From Eledone cirrhosa (taxonomy: Eukaryota), in contig OZ024740.1 in the NCBI GenBank assembly GCA_964016885.1, positions 132,990,001 through 133,054,000 on the forward strand: a stretch of DNA of 64,000 nt, written 5' to 3'. This document shows positions 1 to 13,399 of this stretch, piece by piece. The notes below the pieces were generated by a model. It worked only from the letters and a program-made list of their open reading frames with translations. It was not told the DNA's origin and did not search any database. The position numbers were made by a program, and so were the translations under genes. The stretch's first letter is position 1. Each line of letters opens with the position of its first letter.

Positions 1-679
1 TATCCTGTTCATTAGAACTAATCTCGAAATGCGTACCATTAGACTCACTATTACGATTACTATTTCGGTAGCTTAACTTAGGGTTCGGTTTGGATATATC
101 TATAAGATTTCTATGATTCCTATATTTTCTACTCCTATTTAAGGCCATATTATGGAATATTACGTTATTATGGGTAATCTGAGTCATTCCAAGGTTGTCC
201 TCCTTATAATGTATTCTACCAGAGCAACCAGAGTTAGCTAGGGCATTATTATAATACTCTACATGTGAATTAAAGATTCCTATATCCTTAGAGAGTGTGG
301 AGATTCTATTAGATACACCATTAATTATAGAACTAATCATAGATTTAGGGTTGGAATCTCCTGGATATATATATATACCTCCCGTATACTAACACCCACT
401 AACACCCCTTCATCAAACTACACACACACCAGTACACCACACACCCTTCTCTCCCCGCTCCACCCACACCCTCGCTCCACACTCACTCATCCCACTAACA
501 CCTCTACTAATACACACACACACACACCCTCCTCACTCCAACTTTCACACCTACCCATCCTCGCCCCTTTACCATTCCACCGACTGCTGCTATGGCCTCT
601 GACCACCTCCCAGCACAAACAGACACACAGCACTCCCACTGCTTGACCACTTCGTGTTGCGCGCGCACCCCACATCTCT

Positions 680-1492
680 CCTCTTCCGACCATCGCTTCA
701 TGGAATACCTGCACGCAGAAATTGACCAACACAAAATTCGCTAAACACCTTTGGAATTTACCTACTTTCCAACCATCCTCTTACGTAATCACCTATATAA
801 CTCACCCACACACACACCCCAAACAAATGTTTTTCTCCACACGCCACCTACACCCACAACACGCTTAAACCCCACACACACGTGCTTTCCACCACATATT
901 TACACCCTCAGCCTCCTGATTCCTCTCCCCCCACCCCTCTATCCACACACGCACAGACACTCCGACCCACAACCCCCAACCCCCCACACACCTCTTCCTG
1001 AACATGCAACCCCGTTCTTCCCCCAACCCTTACTTTCACATACACACACACACACACACACGTACACCTACAGACACACACCACCTTCAGCCCTCCCCGC
1101 TCGGACATCCCGTCTCCCGCTCCCCACTCCACCCGCTACCACCCCTACATACTCCACACCCTTCCACCACCTGTTTTACCCCCCTTTTAATTTCAGTTTA
1201 TTTTGATCATGCTTTTATATTTAAATTTATTTCATTCCTTGTATTTTGATCATGCTTTATTTTTATTTTTATCTTTATTTTTTCATTTTTTCATTCGCAC
1301 CGTTTCCTTTCGCTATATGTCTCTCCACCACTCCCCTACACACCCTTTGAACTCTGTTCCCACACACTTCTCACCTGAGGAAGGGCTTATGCCCGAAACG
1401 TCGTCCCCCACCAAGACCCCACTCTCCAGAGCGTGAAATTAATAAACATTCGTTGTACTGCCTCTCTGTTTTGTCCCTGTTCAAATTTTTCC

Positions 1493-1495
<3 letters not shown>
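680..1495 (+). mobile_element. Decayed Penelope-like element 3' end (GIY-YIG remnant, HHR, polyA signal)
   Basis: About 690-760 translates TIASWNTCTQKLTNTKFAKHLWNL, similar to STKLASHVWSL in the PLE at 14.9 kb; HHR core at 1375-1402; AATAAA at 1441; ends at (TA)n. Confidence 0.5.
1371..1405 (+). ncRNA. Minimal type I hammerhead ribozyme motif (weak stem I)
   Basis: CTGAGGA-a-gggc(ttat)gccc-GAAAC-GTC with palindromic ACGT stem III. Confidence 0.6.
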
Positions 1496-1544
<49 letters not shown>

Positions 1545-1626
1545 GTTATTCCGGGTTGAATCGGAGGTAACCACAGTAAGTAAGGTACTCAATACATTGC
1601 AGAGTATAAAAGTTTTAATATAGATG

Positions 1627-1677
1627 AGATTCTACAGGACTAGAACTGTTTCATTCTTTAGAAATCATCAGGAATCT
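1627..1677 (-). ncRNA. Type I hammerhead ribozyme, complete
   Basis: Minus strand agattc-CTGATGA-tttctaaagaat-GAAAcag-ttctagtc-ctGTA-gaatct; 6-bp stem I, stems II and III, GUA site. Confidence 0.85.
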
Positions 1678-2105
1678 GGGAATCAAAAAATAAATATGGT
1701 ATTTATAGGTCTCTACAAGTGGTAGGAGAGGGTGGGGAGTGGGATGGGTGTAGGTCATTGGTTGATAGAAAAGGGAATTCATTAAAAGCTAATTCTACAA
1801 AGCTATAGTTTATCATTATTAATTTTTGTTTTTAGAGTAACAAAGGCAGACAGAATTCTATAAACAGGTTCCGGATGGCATACCATTCCTTGTCATTAAG
1901 TTTCTCTTAAGCTAACAGATGTCTATAAGATCAGTGGGGGGTCAGTCATGGTAGATAGAATTAAAGGAAAGAGAGATTCTTTAAAAGCTAAATTCATTAA
2001 TGTTCTACTAAGTGACAAAGGTTTAGAGAATTCTGTAGACAGATTCAAAATACTGAGTGCATATCTTACAATTATCTTCGAACTTCTCTTAAACTAATCA
2101 ACTAT

Positions 2106-2438
2106 ATGCCAAAAATCAACAGACACATTCACAAAAAAACACACTCACTCACACTTTTTAATAACTCTTTTACGAATATAAATAAAAAATCTTCAGCTTC
2201 TCTATATAATTTACTATGGGACCTAAAATCAAAGAACACTAACTATTCTTTACTTTGGAATATTTTCTCCAAAACTCCTCCATTCAATGCTTCTTCTGAA
2301 AATTGTCCTCTTTGTATAGAAGAAATATCCTTTATATTAAAAAGTAAGAATTCTGTTAATTTAAGAAATAATCTTTTCAGTTCTTGCAAACATAGATTGA
2401 TTCAACGTTTAAATATATATATGAAATTTAATACATAA
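2106..2438 (+). pseudogene. PLE GIY-YIG endonuclease C-terminal fragment
   Basis: LWDLK..YSLLWNI..PFN...CPLCIEE...NLRNNLFSSCKHR matches the CxLC...CxH tail of the other PLE ORFs here. Confidence 0.75.
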
Positions 2439-2740
2439 CTCATTTTTATTAAACCTATCGTTAATTCATTAGATTCCTTCATATGACTGCTTATAACTCT
2501 CTTAAAAAGATTTTTCTTGAAAAACGTTGCTTGATAAACGTACTGAAAGATGTGAGGAAGGAGTTTTTCTGAAAAGTACTATGATGGGCACAACGAAATT
2601 ATAATTCATAATTCATATTTTATACTGTGTATTTTATTTTCTATATTCTTTATTTTTTTTAAATTATAACTCATTTAAAGATTATAATTTATATTTTATA
2701 TTGTATATTTTGTATTTATGTATTTTTCAAATGTTTAATG

Positions 2741-2777
<37 letters not shown>

Positions 2778-2782
2778 TTACA

Positions 2783-2927
<145 letters not shown>

Positions 2928-3614
2928 ATATATCAAAATGTTTATATATATATAAAATGTATACTTTAAATATATTCTATAGATATATTATGAAAGACTT
3001 TTTTATGGTTTATGCTTTGGATATATTCCTATGAATGAATTGTTAAATGTTAACACGTTAGAGGAAACACATTTAGGTTTTAGCAGTCATAACAGTATAA
3101 CAGGTAGAGTTATAAAATTATAACTTGCTATAAAATAAAATAAGATTCATACTATAATTACATTATTATTATTATGAAAAATTAAATTTTTTAACATCTT
3201 AACTTTATAGCATTTAATCCTTAGAGCTATCTAAATTATTAATAAATCGCTAGCAATTTCCTTTCCGCTCTACTGCTATTACACATAAGGGATTATTCTT
3301 CTGTAAACTCTCGGAAATTCCATGAGCTTAGAAATATTCGGATATTTTAAACTTACAAATTTTTTAAATAATTAATTTATAATTAATAAAATTATATATG
3401 GTTTTGTAATAATAACATATTTTCTAATTATATATTTTAATAATATATAATAATATATAGGTCTCAACTTTAATAATCTAACATACACATTTAAAGATTT
3501 AAACTACGGATTGAATTGAGAAATTATTAATTAATCATTTAATCAAATTTATTAATTAAATATTAGATAAAATTCTTCAACTTATCTTTATCTTTATTAT
3601 TGTTTATCCACCAA

Positions 3615-3805
3615 GGGCGGTGAATTGGCAGTATCGGTAGAGGGTTGGACGCCATGATTTCCAGCATAGTTACGTCCCTTTACGATCTGAGTTCAAATCC
3701 CGCCGAGGTTAACTTTGCCTTTCATCCTTACGGTGTCGATAAAATAAAGTACCAGTAATGTACTGGGTAATTGCTGGCCTTGTGCCTAAAGTAGAAACAA
3801 TTATT
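3615..3805 (+). mobile_element. tRNA-derived SINE
   Basis: A box tggcagtatcgg, B box gagttcaaatcc, body actttgcctttcatccttacggtgtcgataaaataaagtaccag, short att tail; five copies in window. Confidence 0.85.
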
Positions 3806-4289
3806 GTTTATCCATGTTATGGTATTCATCCACCCTATATTTATTTCTTCGCCTCTTGTCTCAAAATTACGCTATTCTCCCTCACTTAAATATACTCAGG
3901 TTTTTTCTCTTTCTTTCGTTTTTTCTCTTTTTTCTCTTTTCTCTCTTTTTTCTCTTTCTTTCTTTTTCCCTATTCCAACGGCTTAATTAAAACCTTTCCG
4001 ACACTAATTTACATAATAAACCAACAATAAATCTAATAACTCCACTATCCAGGAGATTACAACCAGAATGGTTGCATTTTTTAAGGGTATGTCAATATTT
4101 ATTTATAAAACTAACCTATATTATATTTTATGTGATGAAAGCACACCATAGTTTACCTTGGTGGCCCTTGAAATATGTATAATGAAATAAATATGGTTTT
4201 ATAAATATAGTTTCCATTTGTTAATATATTGTATATATTGTATATGAACTTGTGGATACCATTGTTATTTCAGAGCATTAATGTTGATT

Positions 4290-4472
4290 GGATTGGCAGT
4301 ATCGGTAGAGGGTCGGATGCCATGCTTTCCAGCATAGTTACGTCCCTTAACGATCTGAGTTCAAATCCCGCTGAGGTTGACTTTGCCTTTCATCCTTACG
4401 GGGTCGATAAAATAAAGTACCAGTAATGCACTGGGTAATTGCTGGCCTTGTGCCAAAAAGTAGAAACAATTA
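4290..4472 (+). mobile_element. tRNA-derived SINE
   Basis: Near-identical to 3615-3805. Confidence 0.85.
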
Positions 4473-4557
4473 ATGTTGATACTATTCATTTTAATGCACA
4501 TTGGGCTGCAACAAAACTGGCACACGCAGAACAAGCAGTGTTTCGCATATATACAGG

Positions 4558-4606
4558 CTTTCCTAATGATTTGTCTCGAATGAAACAATTTTAGTCTTGT
4601 AGAATC
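4558..4606 (+). ncRNA. Degenerate hammerhead (CTAATGA core)
   Basis: ttc-CTAATGA-tttgtctcgaat-GAAAcaa..ttGTA-gaatc; paralog of 1627-1677 with a core substitution. Confidence 0.6.
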
Positions 4607-4696
4607 CATTTCTATATTAAACACTATATACTTTACTATGTATTGAGTACCTTATTTACTATGGCTACCCCCGATTGAAACCAGGGTACACACACT

Positions 4697-4779
<83 letters not shown>

Positions 4780-6984
4780 AGAGGAGAGAGAGAGATAATA
4801 ATGATGTTAATAGCGATGATGATGATCATACCAGTCGTACACTAGATGTACAGTGCATAGTTCAAATAGCTTCACACATCATCCTGGACATAAGGGATTG
4901 GGCCTCCCTTGCCGTTAAATTTAAAAATTCTAATTCATGAAAATGTTATTCTATTGTAACTAGATGATGAACATGGATTTCGATTTAAATATATTTATAT
5001 GCTAAGCAATTAAAATCTCTCGTAAATCCTTTATTTTAATATTGAGGTAACAGAATGTGATAATGTAATAAGTTGAAGACAGTCTATTAGTCATAGATAT
5101 TTTCTTGGGGGTAGTTAATAACTTATCAAAGAATTCCTTAGTTACATTATATGAAAGAAAACAAAAAAGTGGCCATTGTCAAGTATATAAAAAACAATGT
5201 TCTATTCCTTGTAATATGTTACGTAAAACTCAGCGCAAATGAAAATAAATCAAACAGTTCTTCGAGAGATCGTGTAAAGGAATGTGTAATTATCTTCAGA
5301 TCCCAAGAAGCTAAAACAAAAACAATATACGGATATTCTGTTCTTTCACATGCTTGCTTGGATAATTAAGAAATTTGTTAAATCCTTTGAAAACATTAAA
5401 TTCACCAAAATAAAAAAAAAATGTATTTTATTAGTCTTTAAAGAAGACGCTAATTGGGTTCAAGAAAAAATATTCTGCAGTGTGTAACATTATTTCTCAG
5501 AGTTCTGGAAAGCTTCTAAATTAGACTATAAGAATCTAAATTTGATTTATAGGATATAAACGTCATTACAACCAAAATTAAGTCAGAACCAGAGCAAAGG
5601 GACGAAAGCTATAAACAACAAATCGCTCCAGTGCAACTTGCGTTCGTTTATATTTTATATTTGTTCTCATTATAATTGTTATTTATTTATATTCCTGCTT
5701 TTTTGTTACATGATTAAAAGAAAATCAATGGAATCCAAACCAGGAAAAAAAGGTGATTGAAAGGTGGAACATTGCAACAAATCATTACTTTTCTTTTAAT
5801 CAATTAACCCTCGAATGAAAAGAAAAACTTTACGAAAAAGCTAATCAAGACTATTCAGGTAGTAGGCAAACAAATAGTTACACGCACACTTGTACGTAAA
5901 AGAACTATGCACACACAATTATTTGGTGTATGTTGCCTTGCTTGTGTGAGTATACATGTTTATGTTCGAGAACGGTCAAATGAGAGAAATGGAAATGTAA
6001 TGTTAAGTAACGTCCGCTTCCCATTGCAATTTGAAGCTACATACAGCCTATAACATCTATGCACCGCATCAATCGTACACAGTTTTCCCATAACATATAT
6101 GATTATGATAAAATAATATTGACTCTTAAATCAAATTCTTGCTTTGTTACCTAGTGATTATGTTCTGAGGCCATATTATATTGGTCCCAGCATACCATTT
6201 ACGGCATTACTGCACTTGATGTGCTATAGGCCAGGCTGGGTAGGGAGTGATAGGGGTAGAGGCATGAGAAAGCGGCTCTATGTAGCTCACCAGGGGGGGG
6301 GGGGAGTTGGCCTTCAGAGTGACGTCTAATCATATATTGTAGGGTGCACACATCATGCCATACTGGCATGGCTGGCCTAGAAATCTGGGATTAAGTAGAT
6401 GTGGCGGACAGGGTGATCAAGAGTGTGTGTTGTGGATGACTGACTGCCAGAGTAGATAGTGAAAGGAATGTGGGTGACAAAGAGGACATGTGGGTGACAA
6501 GGGGACATGGATATAAATATTGTTAGACCTCACTCCTTTTAACTCCATCCTATTGAAACAAAAATCGTCTGCTCGTGAGGAAAGACAAATTTCCAGTAAC
6601 ACGACATAACTCTAGTTGTTATTTCCTGCGGAAGGATCCACTTTCTGAAGTCAACTTTTAGGACATTTACCCACGTTTATCTCTTCCGCACGCTCCCACA
6701 CACATAAACACACGCACTTATACATACACACTCACACATGCACACGTAAACACACACACACATATATATATATACTTTTAAATTTGATGGTTTACCACAG
6801 GGTAGAATTGATCATTCTGCAATGTTATTTATGACATAATATGATAAAAGCCCTCGACGTTATGCAACTCATCCATACATAGTGTTGAATCATGTTGGTG
6901 GTGCGGGAACGGAATAAATGTATTATAAAGTGAAATGACAGGAGGCCAGATATGTTGAATATCCCTAATTGTTTATTTCCGCAA

Positions 6985-7042
6985 ACGCTATGCACATTTC
7001 AGTGGCCAGGTTGCTTAAGAATCTGGTGACATCTTCAGGTGT
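6985..7042 (-). ncRNA. Degenerate type I hammerhead motif
   Basis: Minus strand acac-CTGAAGA-tgtcaccag..ctggccact-GAAAtgtgcATA-gcgt; near-palindromic stem III. Confidence 0.45.
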
Positions 7043-7298
7043 AAATTGCGTAATAGATGTATACCAACGAAATGATGCTAAAATTTAAGGAAACAAGCAA
7101 AGAAAAAAACAGAGGAGAGAAAAAGCGTGTTTTATGTTTTTGACCAAGAGACGAACGAAACGTAACATGATAGCATGTTCGTTCGTTTCTGGGTCGAAAA
7201 CATAAACACACTTTTTTCTTTGCTTGTTACCTTAAAGTTTACCATCACTCCGTTGGTATACATCTATTATGCAATTTACACATGAAGATGTCATCAGG
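7024..7298. repeat. Long imperfect inverted repeat (about 270 bp)
   Basis: gacatcttcaggtgtaaattgc...aacatg / catgtt...gcaatttacacatgaagatgtc. Confidence 0.85.
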
Positions 7299-7414
7299 TT
7301 CGTTTCTAGTAACGTGTACTATCTATCCATCTATCTAAGTACATATACCGCTCACACGCGCAGGCAAGCAAACACACGCACACATATATATGTGTGTATA
7401 TATATATATGTGTG

Positions 7415-7466
<52 letters not shown>

Positions 7467-7472
<6 letters not shown>

Positions 7473-7708
7473 AGAAAAAAGAGAATCATTGTTGCGACGA
7501 ATGGAATTTATTGGACATATTACAATCCTTTCTCTGGCGACCAGCTCGAGGCACGATAGATGTGATGATCGAACCCGACTCTGAAAATTGCAAGATCCTC
7601 AGATACGTCTTGATTCTACGAAGCAGTGTTGGTTGCCAGAGAAACGATTGTAATATGTTCAATAAATTCCATTCGTCGCAACACTGATCCTCTTTTTCTC
7701 TGTGATAT
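7467..7708. repeat. Inverted repeat (about 77-bp arms, about 85-bp core); family also at 21.2 and 22.8 kb
   Basis: tatcacagaaaaaagag...ctctggcgacca / tggttgccagag...ctctgtgata. Confidence 0.85.
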
Positions 7709-7809
7709 CATACTCTGCTCTATGAGAACATCGAGTGCTCATACCGCCTACCGCATATGGACGCTTTAAACACCAATCATATATAAATAATATATATACA
7801 ATAAATTTT

Positions 7810-8060
7810 ATCTGAGTTTTTCAAATATTAAAAATAACATTCGATTCGTTTGCAATTATGCAAACAAGGCTCAATTTTATAGCCATCTCAGTAGAATGAA
7901 CACTTCATTCTTGCTCTTATGTTGGCATGCAGTTCTGATCGCATGCCAACATAAGAGCAAGAATGAATGTTCATTCTACTGACATGGCTATAAAATTGAG
8001 GCTTGTTTGCATAATTGCAAACGAATCGAATGTTATTATTAATATTCGAAAAACTCAGAT
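7810..8060. repeat. Near-perfect palindrome (about 120-bp arms); one arm recurs at 12655-12790
   Basis: atctgagtttttc...gttggcatgc-agttctgatc-gcatgccaac...gaaaaactcagat. Confidence 0.9.
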
Positions 8061-8085
8061 TACATGTATTGCATTCAGCCATATT

Positions 8086-8128
<43 letters not shown>

Positions 8129-8213
8129 TATATATTATATTTATTAATATATATGTGTGTGTGTTTGCTCACCTGTGTGTAGATAGATGGATAGATATAG
8201 ATATATATATACA

Positions 8214-8306
<93 letters not shown>

Positions 8307-8445
8307 ATGTGTGTGTGTATGCATTTTTTACCTAATACCATAATTGTAATTATCTACTCTACGAATTTTATTTACTTCTACGCTTTATTAATGAATCTAT
8401 CATGCCATGAGAGATAATATTTTATCCGTATAATTGTTACGATTA

Positions 8446-9130
8446 TCTATATATTAATAAGCTTGTACCTACGTACCGTACGTACGTCCGACGATGTGCG
8501 TCACGCTTTCAGTAAAACAATGAAAGTGGGGTGGTAAACAATCTACAACAATCTACGTTTGGAAAGGAGAGAGAGGGGGGGGATTATAATATATTTAGAG
8601 AGAGGGGGTTATAATATAGAGAAAGGATGGGTTATTATATATATATATAGAGAGAGAGGAGGGTTATAATATATATATAGAGAGAGAGGGTAGCTTATAC
8701 TATATTTAAAGAGAGGGGTTTATAATATATTTAGAGAGAGGGGGTTTTAATATAGAGAAAGGGATGGGTTATTATATATATATAGAGAGAGAGGGCGTTA
8801 TAATATATATAGAGAGACGGGTTATACTATATTTAAAGAGAGGGGTTTATAATATAGAAAAAGGTATCGGTTATAATATATAGAGAGAAGGGGGTTATAA
8901 CATAGAGAGAACGGGTTATAATATAGAGAAACGAGGGTTAAAATATATATAGAAAGAGGGGGTTAAATATATATAGAGAGGGGGTTATATATATATAGAG
9001 AGAGAAGGGTCTTATAATATATAAAGAGGGTGGTTTTAATAGAGAAGGGGGTGGGTTTATATATATAGAGAGGGGGTTTAATATATTTAGAGAGAGCGGG
9101 TTATAATATAGAGTTCACGGTTCCAACTAG
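8446..9130 (+). mobile_element. Non-autonomous Helitron-like element with internal minisatellite
   Basis: A^TCTATATATATTAATAAG 5' end, CACGGTTCCAACTAG^T 3' end, inserted between A and T without TSD; GAGAGAGGGGGTTATAATATA-like array at 8570-9110. Confidence 0.65.
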
Positions 9131-9144
9131 TCATTATTATTATC

Positions 9145-9690
9145 TGGTGGATTGGCAGTATCGGTAGAGGGTCGGACGCCAAGCTTTCCAGCATAGTTAC
9201 GTCCCTTTACGATCTGAGTTCAAATCCCGCCGAGGTTGACTTTGCCTTTCATCCTTACGGAGTCGATAAAATAAAGTACCAGTAATGCACTGGTTAATTG
9301 CTGGCCTTGTGCCTAAAGTAGAAACAATTATTATCTTTATAAAGTTACGGCCCTTGCCATTATGAGTTCAAATCCCGCCGAGGTTGACTTTGCCTTTCAT
9401 CCTTACGGGGTCGATAAAATAAAGTACCAGTAATACACTGGGTATTTGCTGGCCTTGTGCCTAAAGTAGAAACAATTATTATCTTTATCATAGGTGGTGG
9501 ATTGGCAGTATCGGTAGAGGGTTGGACGCCTTGCTTTGCAGCAAAGAATTACGGCCCTTTATGGTCTGAGTTCAAATCCCGCTGAGGTTAACTTTGCCTT
9601 TCATCCTTACGGGGTCGATAAAATAAAGTACCAGTAATGCACTGGATAATTGCTGGCCTTGTGCCAAAAGTAGAAACAATTATTATCTTT
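9145..9690 (+). mobile_element. Three tandem SINE copies (middle one 5'-truncated)
   Basis: Units at about 9145-9333, 9340-9480 and 9492-9686 match 3615-3805. Confidence 0.85.
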
Positions 9691-10609
9691 ATCTGGAATG
9701 CATTATACCAGCGAGTCACCATCTGGCTGGCTTCTGAGTTACATGCAAGACGCCGGGATATGGGTTTATCTTTGAATATTTGGAATATTAGTTTATTGAA
9801 ATTACACTGTCGCTGGAACCCCGACTCGGATTTGCAGATGATGAGAATTGTTACGTCAGTCACGCGAGAAGGATCTCGTATAGTTGTTTCCGTAATACAA
9901 ACAAAAACATGTGTGCTCGAACAAGATTACTTACCCTTTATCAATTAATGGTTTACTATTAACCAATCAGTGAAAGTTGGTAATTATAATTGTTTCAATG
10001 CTAATGTAAGTGATTAGTAATCACTTACATTACATTAAGATTATGAGTACCCGCGATTAGTAACATTATCCCATTAATGCTGTTCACAACTCTTAATTAT
10101 TTATGCTTCTTAATTCATATTTCTTAATTTATTTACCGTAACATTTATGTCTAGTTTTTTATAATCCATTCTTCCCCCTCACTATACGCTGATTTTTGGC
10201 TAGAATCTGATGCCTAACAATGTTTAATACCTATGACCAGTTTGAGCGGCAAAGAAATGATGTAATTCTGATTAATAGCCTCACATTTTCCATGAACAGC
10301 ACAATCACTGTCACGAACAAATAAACTCCACGCATCTTGCTCCCGAGTGCCAAACCACAATGCGTAGCATTGTTGATTGTGTGCCATTCGGAAACTGTTC
10401 GTTACAACAATAACACCGGATTATTGGGCCGTCACCGTATCAAGTGTATTCTCTTGGTTTCCGCAATCCTAATATCGATTACCTACTCTTTGCATACTGC
10501 ACCTAATGTCGTGAACAAATTATTTTATCCCAAATTGTTGATGAATACAGGCCACATAATTGGTGATTTCGCTACATTAAAATAATATTCCGGCCTTCTG
10601 TTTCACACT

Positions 10610-11110
<501 letters not shown>

Positions 11111-11147
11111 ACACATTTGCAACAAGACAGCACGCCATTTTTCATTC

Positions 11148-11178
<31 letters not shown>

Positions 11179-12502
11179 GATGTGTGTGTGTGTGTGTGTA
11201 TGGGTGTGTGTGCGTGTGTATGTGCGTGTGTGTGTGTGTGGGGGGGGGGGGGGTTGTGTGCGTATTCATCATTTTGTCGCCCATTTATTCCCGAGGTCAC
11301 TGGGGCAGATTCTCCAGGAGAACGTTGCAGAGGGTCTTATCAAATGCTACATCCAAATTTTTCTCTTTTATCCACTTGTGGTAAATATAGAGAGAACCAG
11401 TCCAAAGTAGTGAAATGGGTTTATTGAATTATCAGTGTAGATGGTTCAAGACCTTATTTTTTTAGGATATTGAACGTTCAGCTTTAAAATCTCACTTCCT
11501 CTGTCTGGAAAAATGGTAATATTGTATACCCGAAAATATTTATTTAGTAGATACAATGAGAGTCGCGAGAGTATTCATGTCAAATGTTTCTCAAATAAAG
11601 CTCTTCTTTCATGAGGTATGCTTTATATACTTCCATGCAAATGTCGCTAAAGAACTGACTAACACACTAATGCGCCCGTTTATTCTCATTTTTTAACATA
11701 ACCTCATAAATTTGCGTGCAGGTTTGTTTGTGTGTTTGTAAGTCCATATGAATGCACGCATGGAGTTATTTCCAGCTGGTGCTTTTTCTCAATTTACTGC
11801 TCATAAATTTTTATCTATGAAAATTGGACACTACATTGAGGTTTCACTCATCACTTGAGTAATATACAAGATGGCTTCAATCAAGAATTAAAGTCATATT
11901 ATATTATGCAACCCTCTCACGACGGCAGCTAACAACAGTTTTTCTTCAACAATATAGAAAAGGCATATTATCCATTCCCATGCATGTCGTCAAACAAGAC
12001 GAGAAGCACTGAATTCAGACGGAAATTAAACATTTAGGAATTAATGCATACCATTTTTAATGTGTCAAACACGACGAAATATCAATTCAAAATTAATTTA
12101 TTAATGGAGTAAGAAAGATTATTGTTTTTACTTATTTTTTTTTGTTTAATCAATTCTATTTAGTTATTAACACACGCCATCTCACTTTTTATTACTTTCG
12201 TCCTCGTTCCCGTTCTCACTCTTTTTTGGATCCACTTATTTCTTTCCACGTTGTGTTTACAATTTCTTCTATAGATATATCTTCTCGAACTTGCTAAGCA
12301 CACCTACGCGCTCATGTATGCATATATACGAGCATACATAGATGCATGCATAGATACTTACATACACACATAAACAATCATATGTATATGTGTATGTATG
12401 CATATGTATGTATATATATATATATAGTAATAATAATAAATTCGAAGACTAAAATCCGAAGAGGGCAACGATTTTTTGCTTAAGCTTTGATCTGTTATTT
12501 TA

Positions 12503-12554
<52 letters not shown>

Positions 12555-12914
12555 TGTATGTATGCATATATATATATATATTTACTAGCTCTGACAGTTT
12601 GGCAGGTGAACAGTGAGCTGTACTCATGGGTGACACCCAGAAAGATTAGTGTCTGCAGTTCTGTTCGCATGCCAACTTCAGAGTAAGAATGAAGTGTTCA
12701 TTCTACTGACATGGTTATAAAATTGAGGCTTGTTTGCATAATTGCAAACGAATCAAATGTTATTATTAATATTCGAAAAACTCAGATTCCATTTATATAT
12801 ATATATATATATATATAGTGGCAGAACACTGCAGGGTAATATCCGTAGTGGTAGAGCACTCAGTCCATGGGACGAGTTAGGTAGACCTGGTTACACAACA
12901 GTTAGTTCACCATA

Positions 12915-12953
12915 CCGAGAAAATTTGATTCCCCTTAGCAGATCCTCAGCTCG
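12915..12953 (-). ncRNA. Degenerate hammerhead in left pLTR
   Basis: cgag-CTGAGGA-tctgctaaggg-GAATcaaatttt-ctcgg; GAAA and stem III mutated. Confidence 0.55.
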
Positions 12954-13399
12954 TAATGGACATGGTTATACGGAAGAAGATCAACCGTACGAAGCTGCAT
13001 GTGCAGAACCAGTCCTTCACTCAGGCAATACTAAATTGCGTGCAACAGGTGTAATGGAGATAACAGCGAAAGTCCGAAAGTTTCTAGTTGATAAGAAAAT
13101 TAGGATGTTGTTGTAATTCAATCCGGAACTTTGTAGTTATGTAATAGGTGTTTCCAGACGTGTGGACAACGTGTGAAGAATTCATAACTTGAGTTTAGGC
13201 AATCGCTATTGCGTATTCTCTTTAGAATATGTATTCGTTCATCAATACATAGTCCACACGACCGAGTGCCCCTTTCGTTTGGCTTGGGCGTAGAGATGGC
13301 TTTCTATTGAATGGAGTAGTCTATACTTGAGTCCTTGAGGGACCATACGTGGCTCGCGAGTTTCGTGGAAGAACGTCTGTTCTAAGGTCGACTGGTTGT

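Noticed and set aside
3615-3705. tRNA gene
   Set aside because: A and B boxes belong to a multicopy SINE head; no cloverleaf
8570-9110. CRISPR-like periodic array
   Set aside because: Degenerate minisatellite without unique spacers, eukaryotic context, no cas genes
10250-10600. Possible host exon or coding fragment
   Set aside because: No recognisable motif or supportable splice pattern by eye
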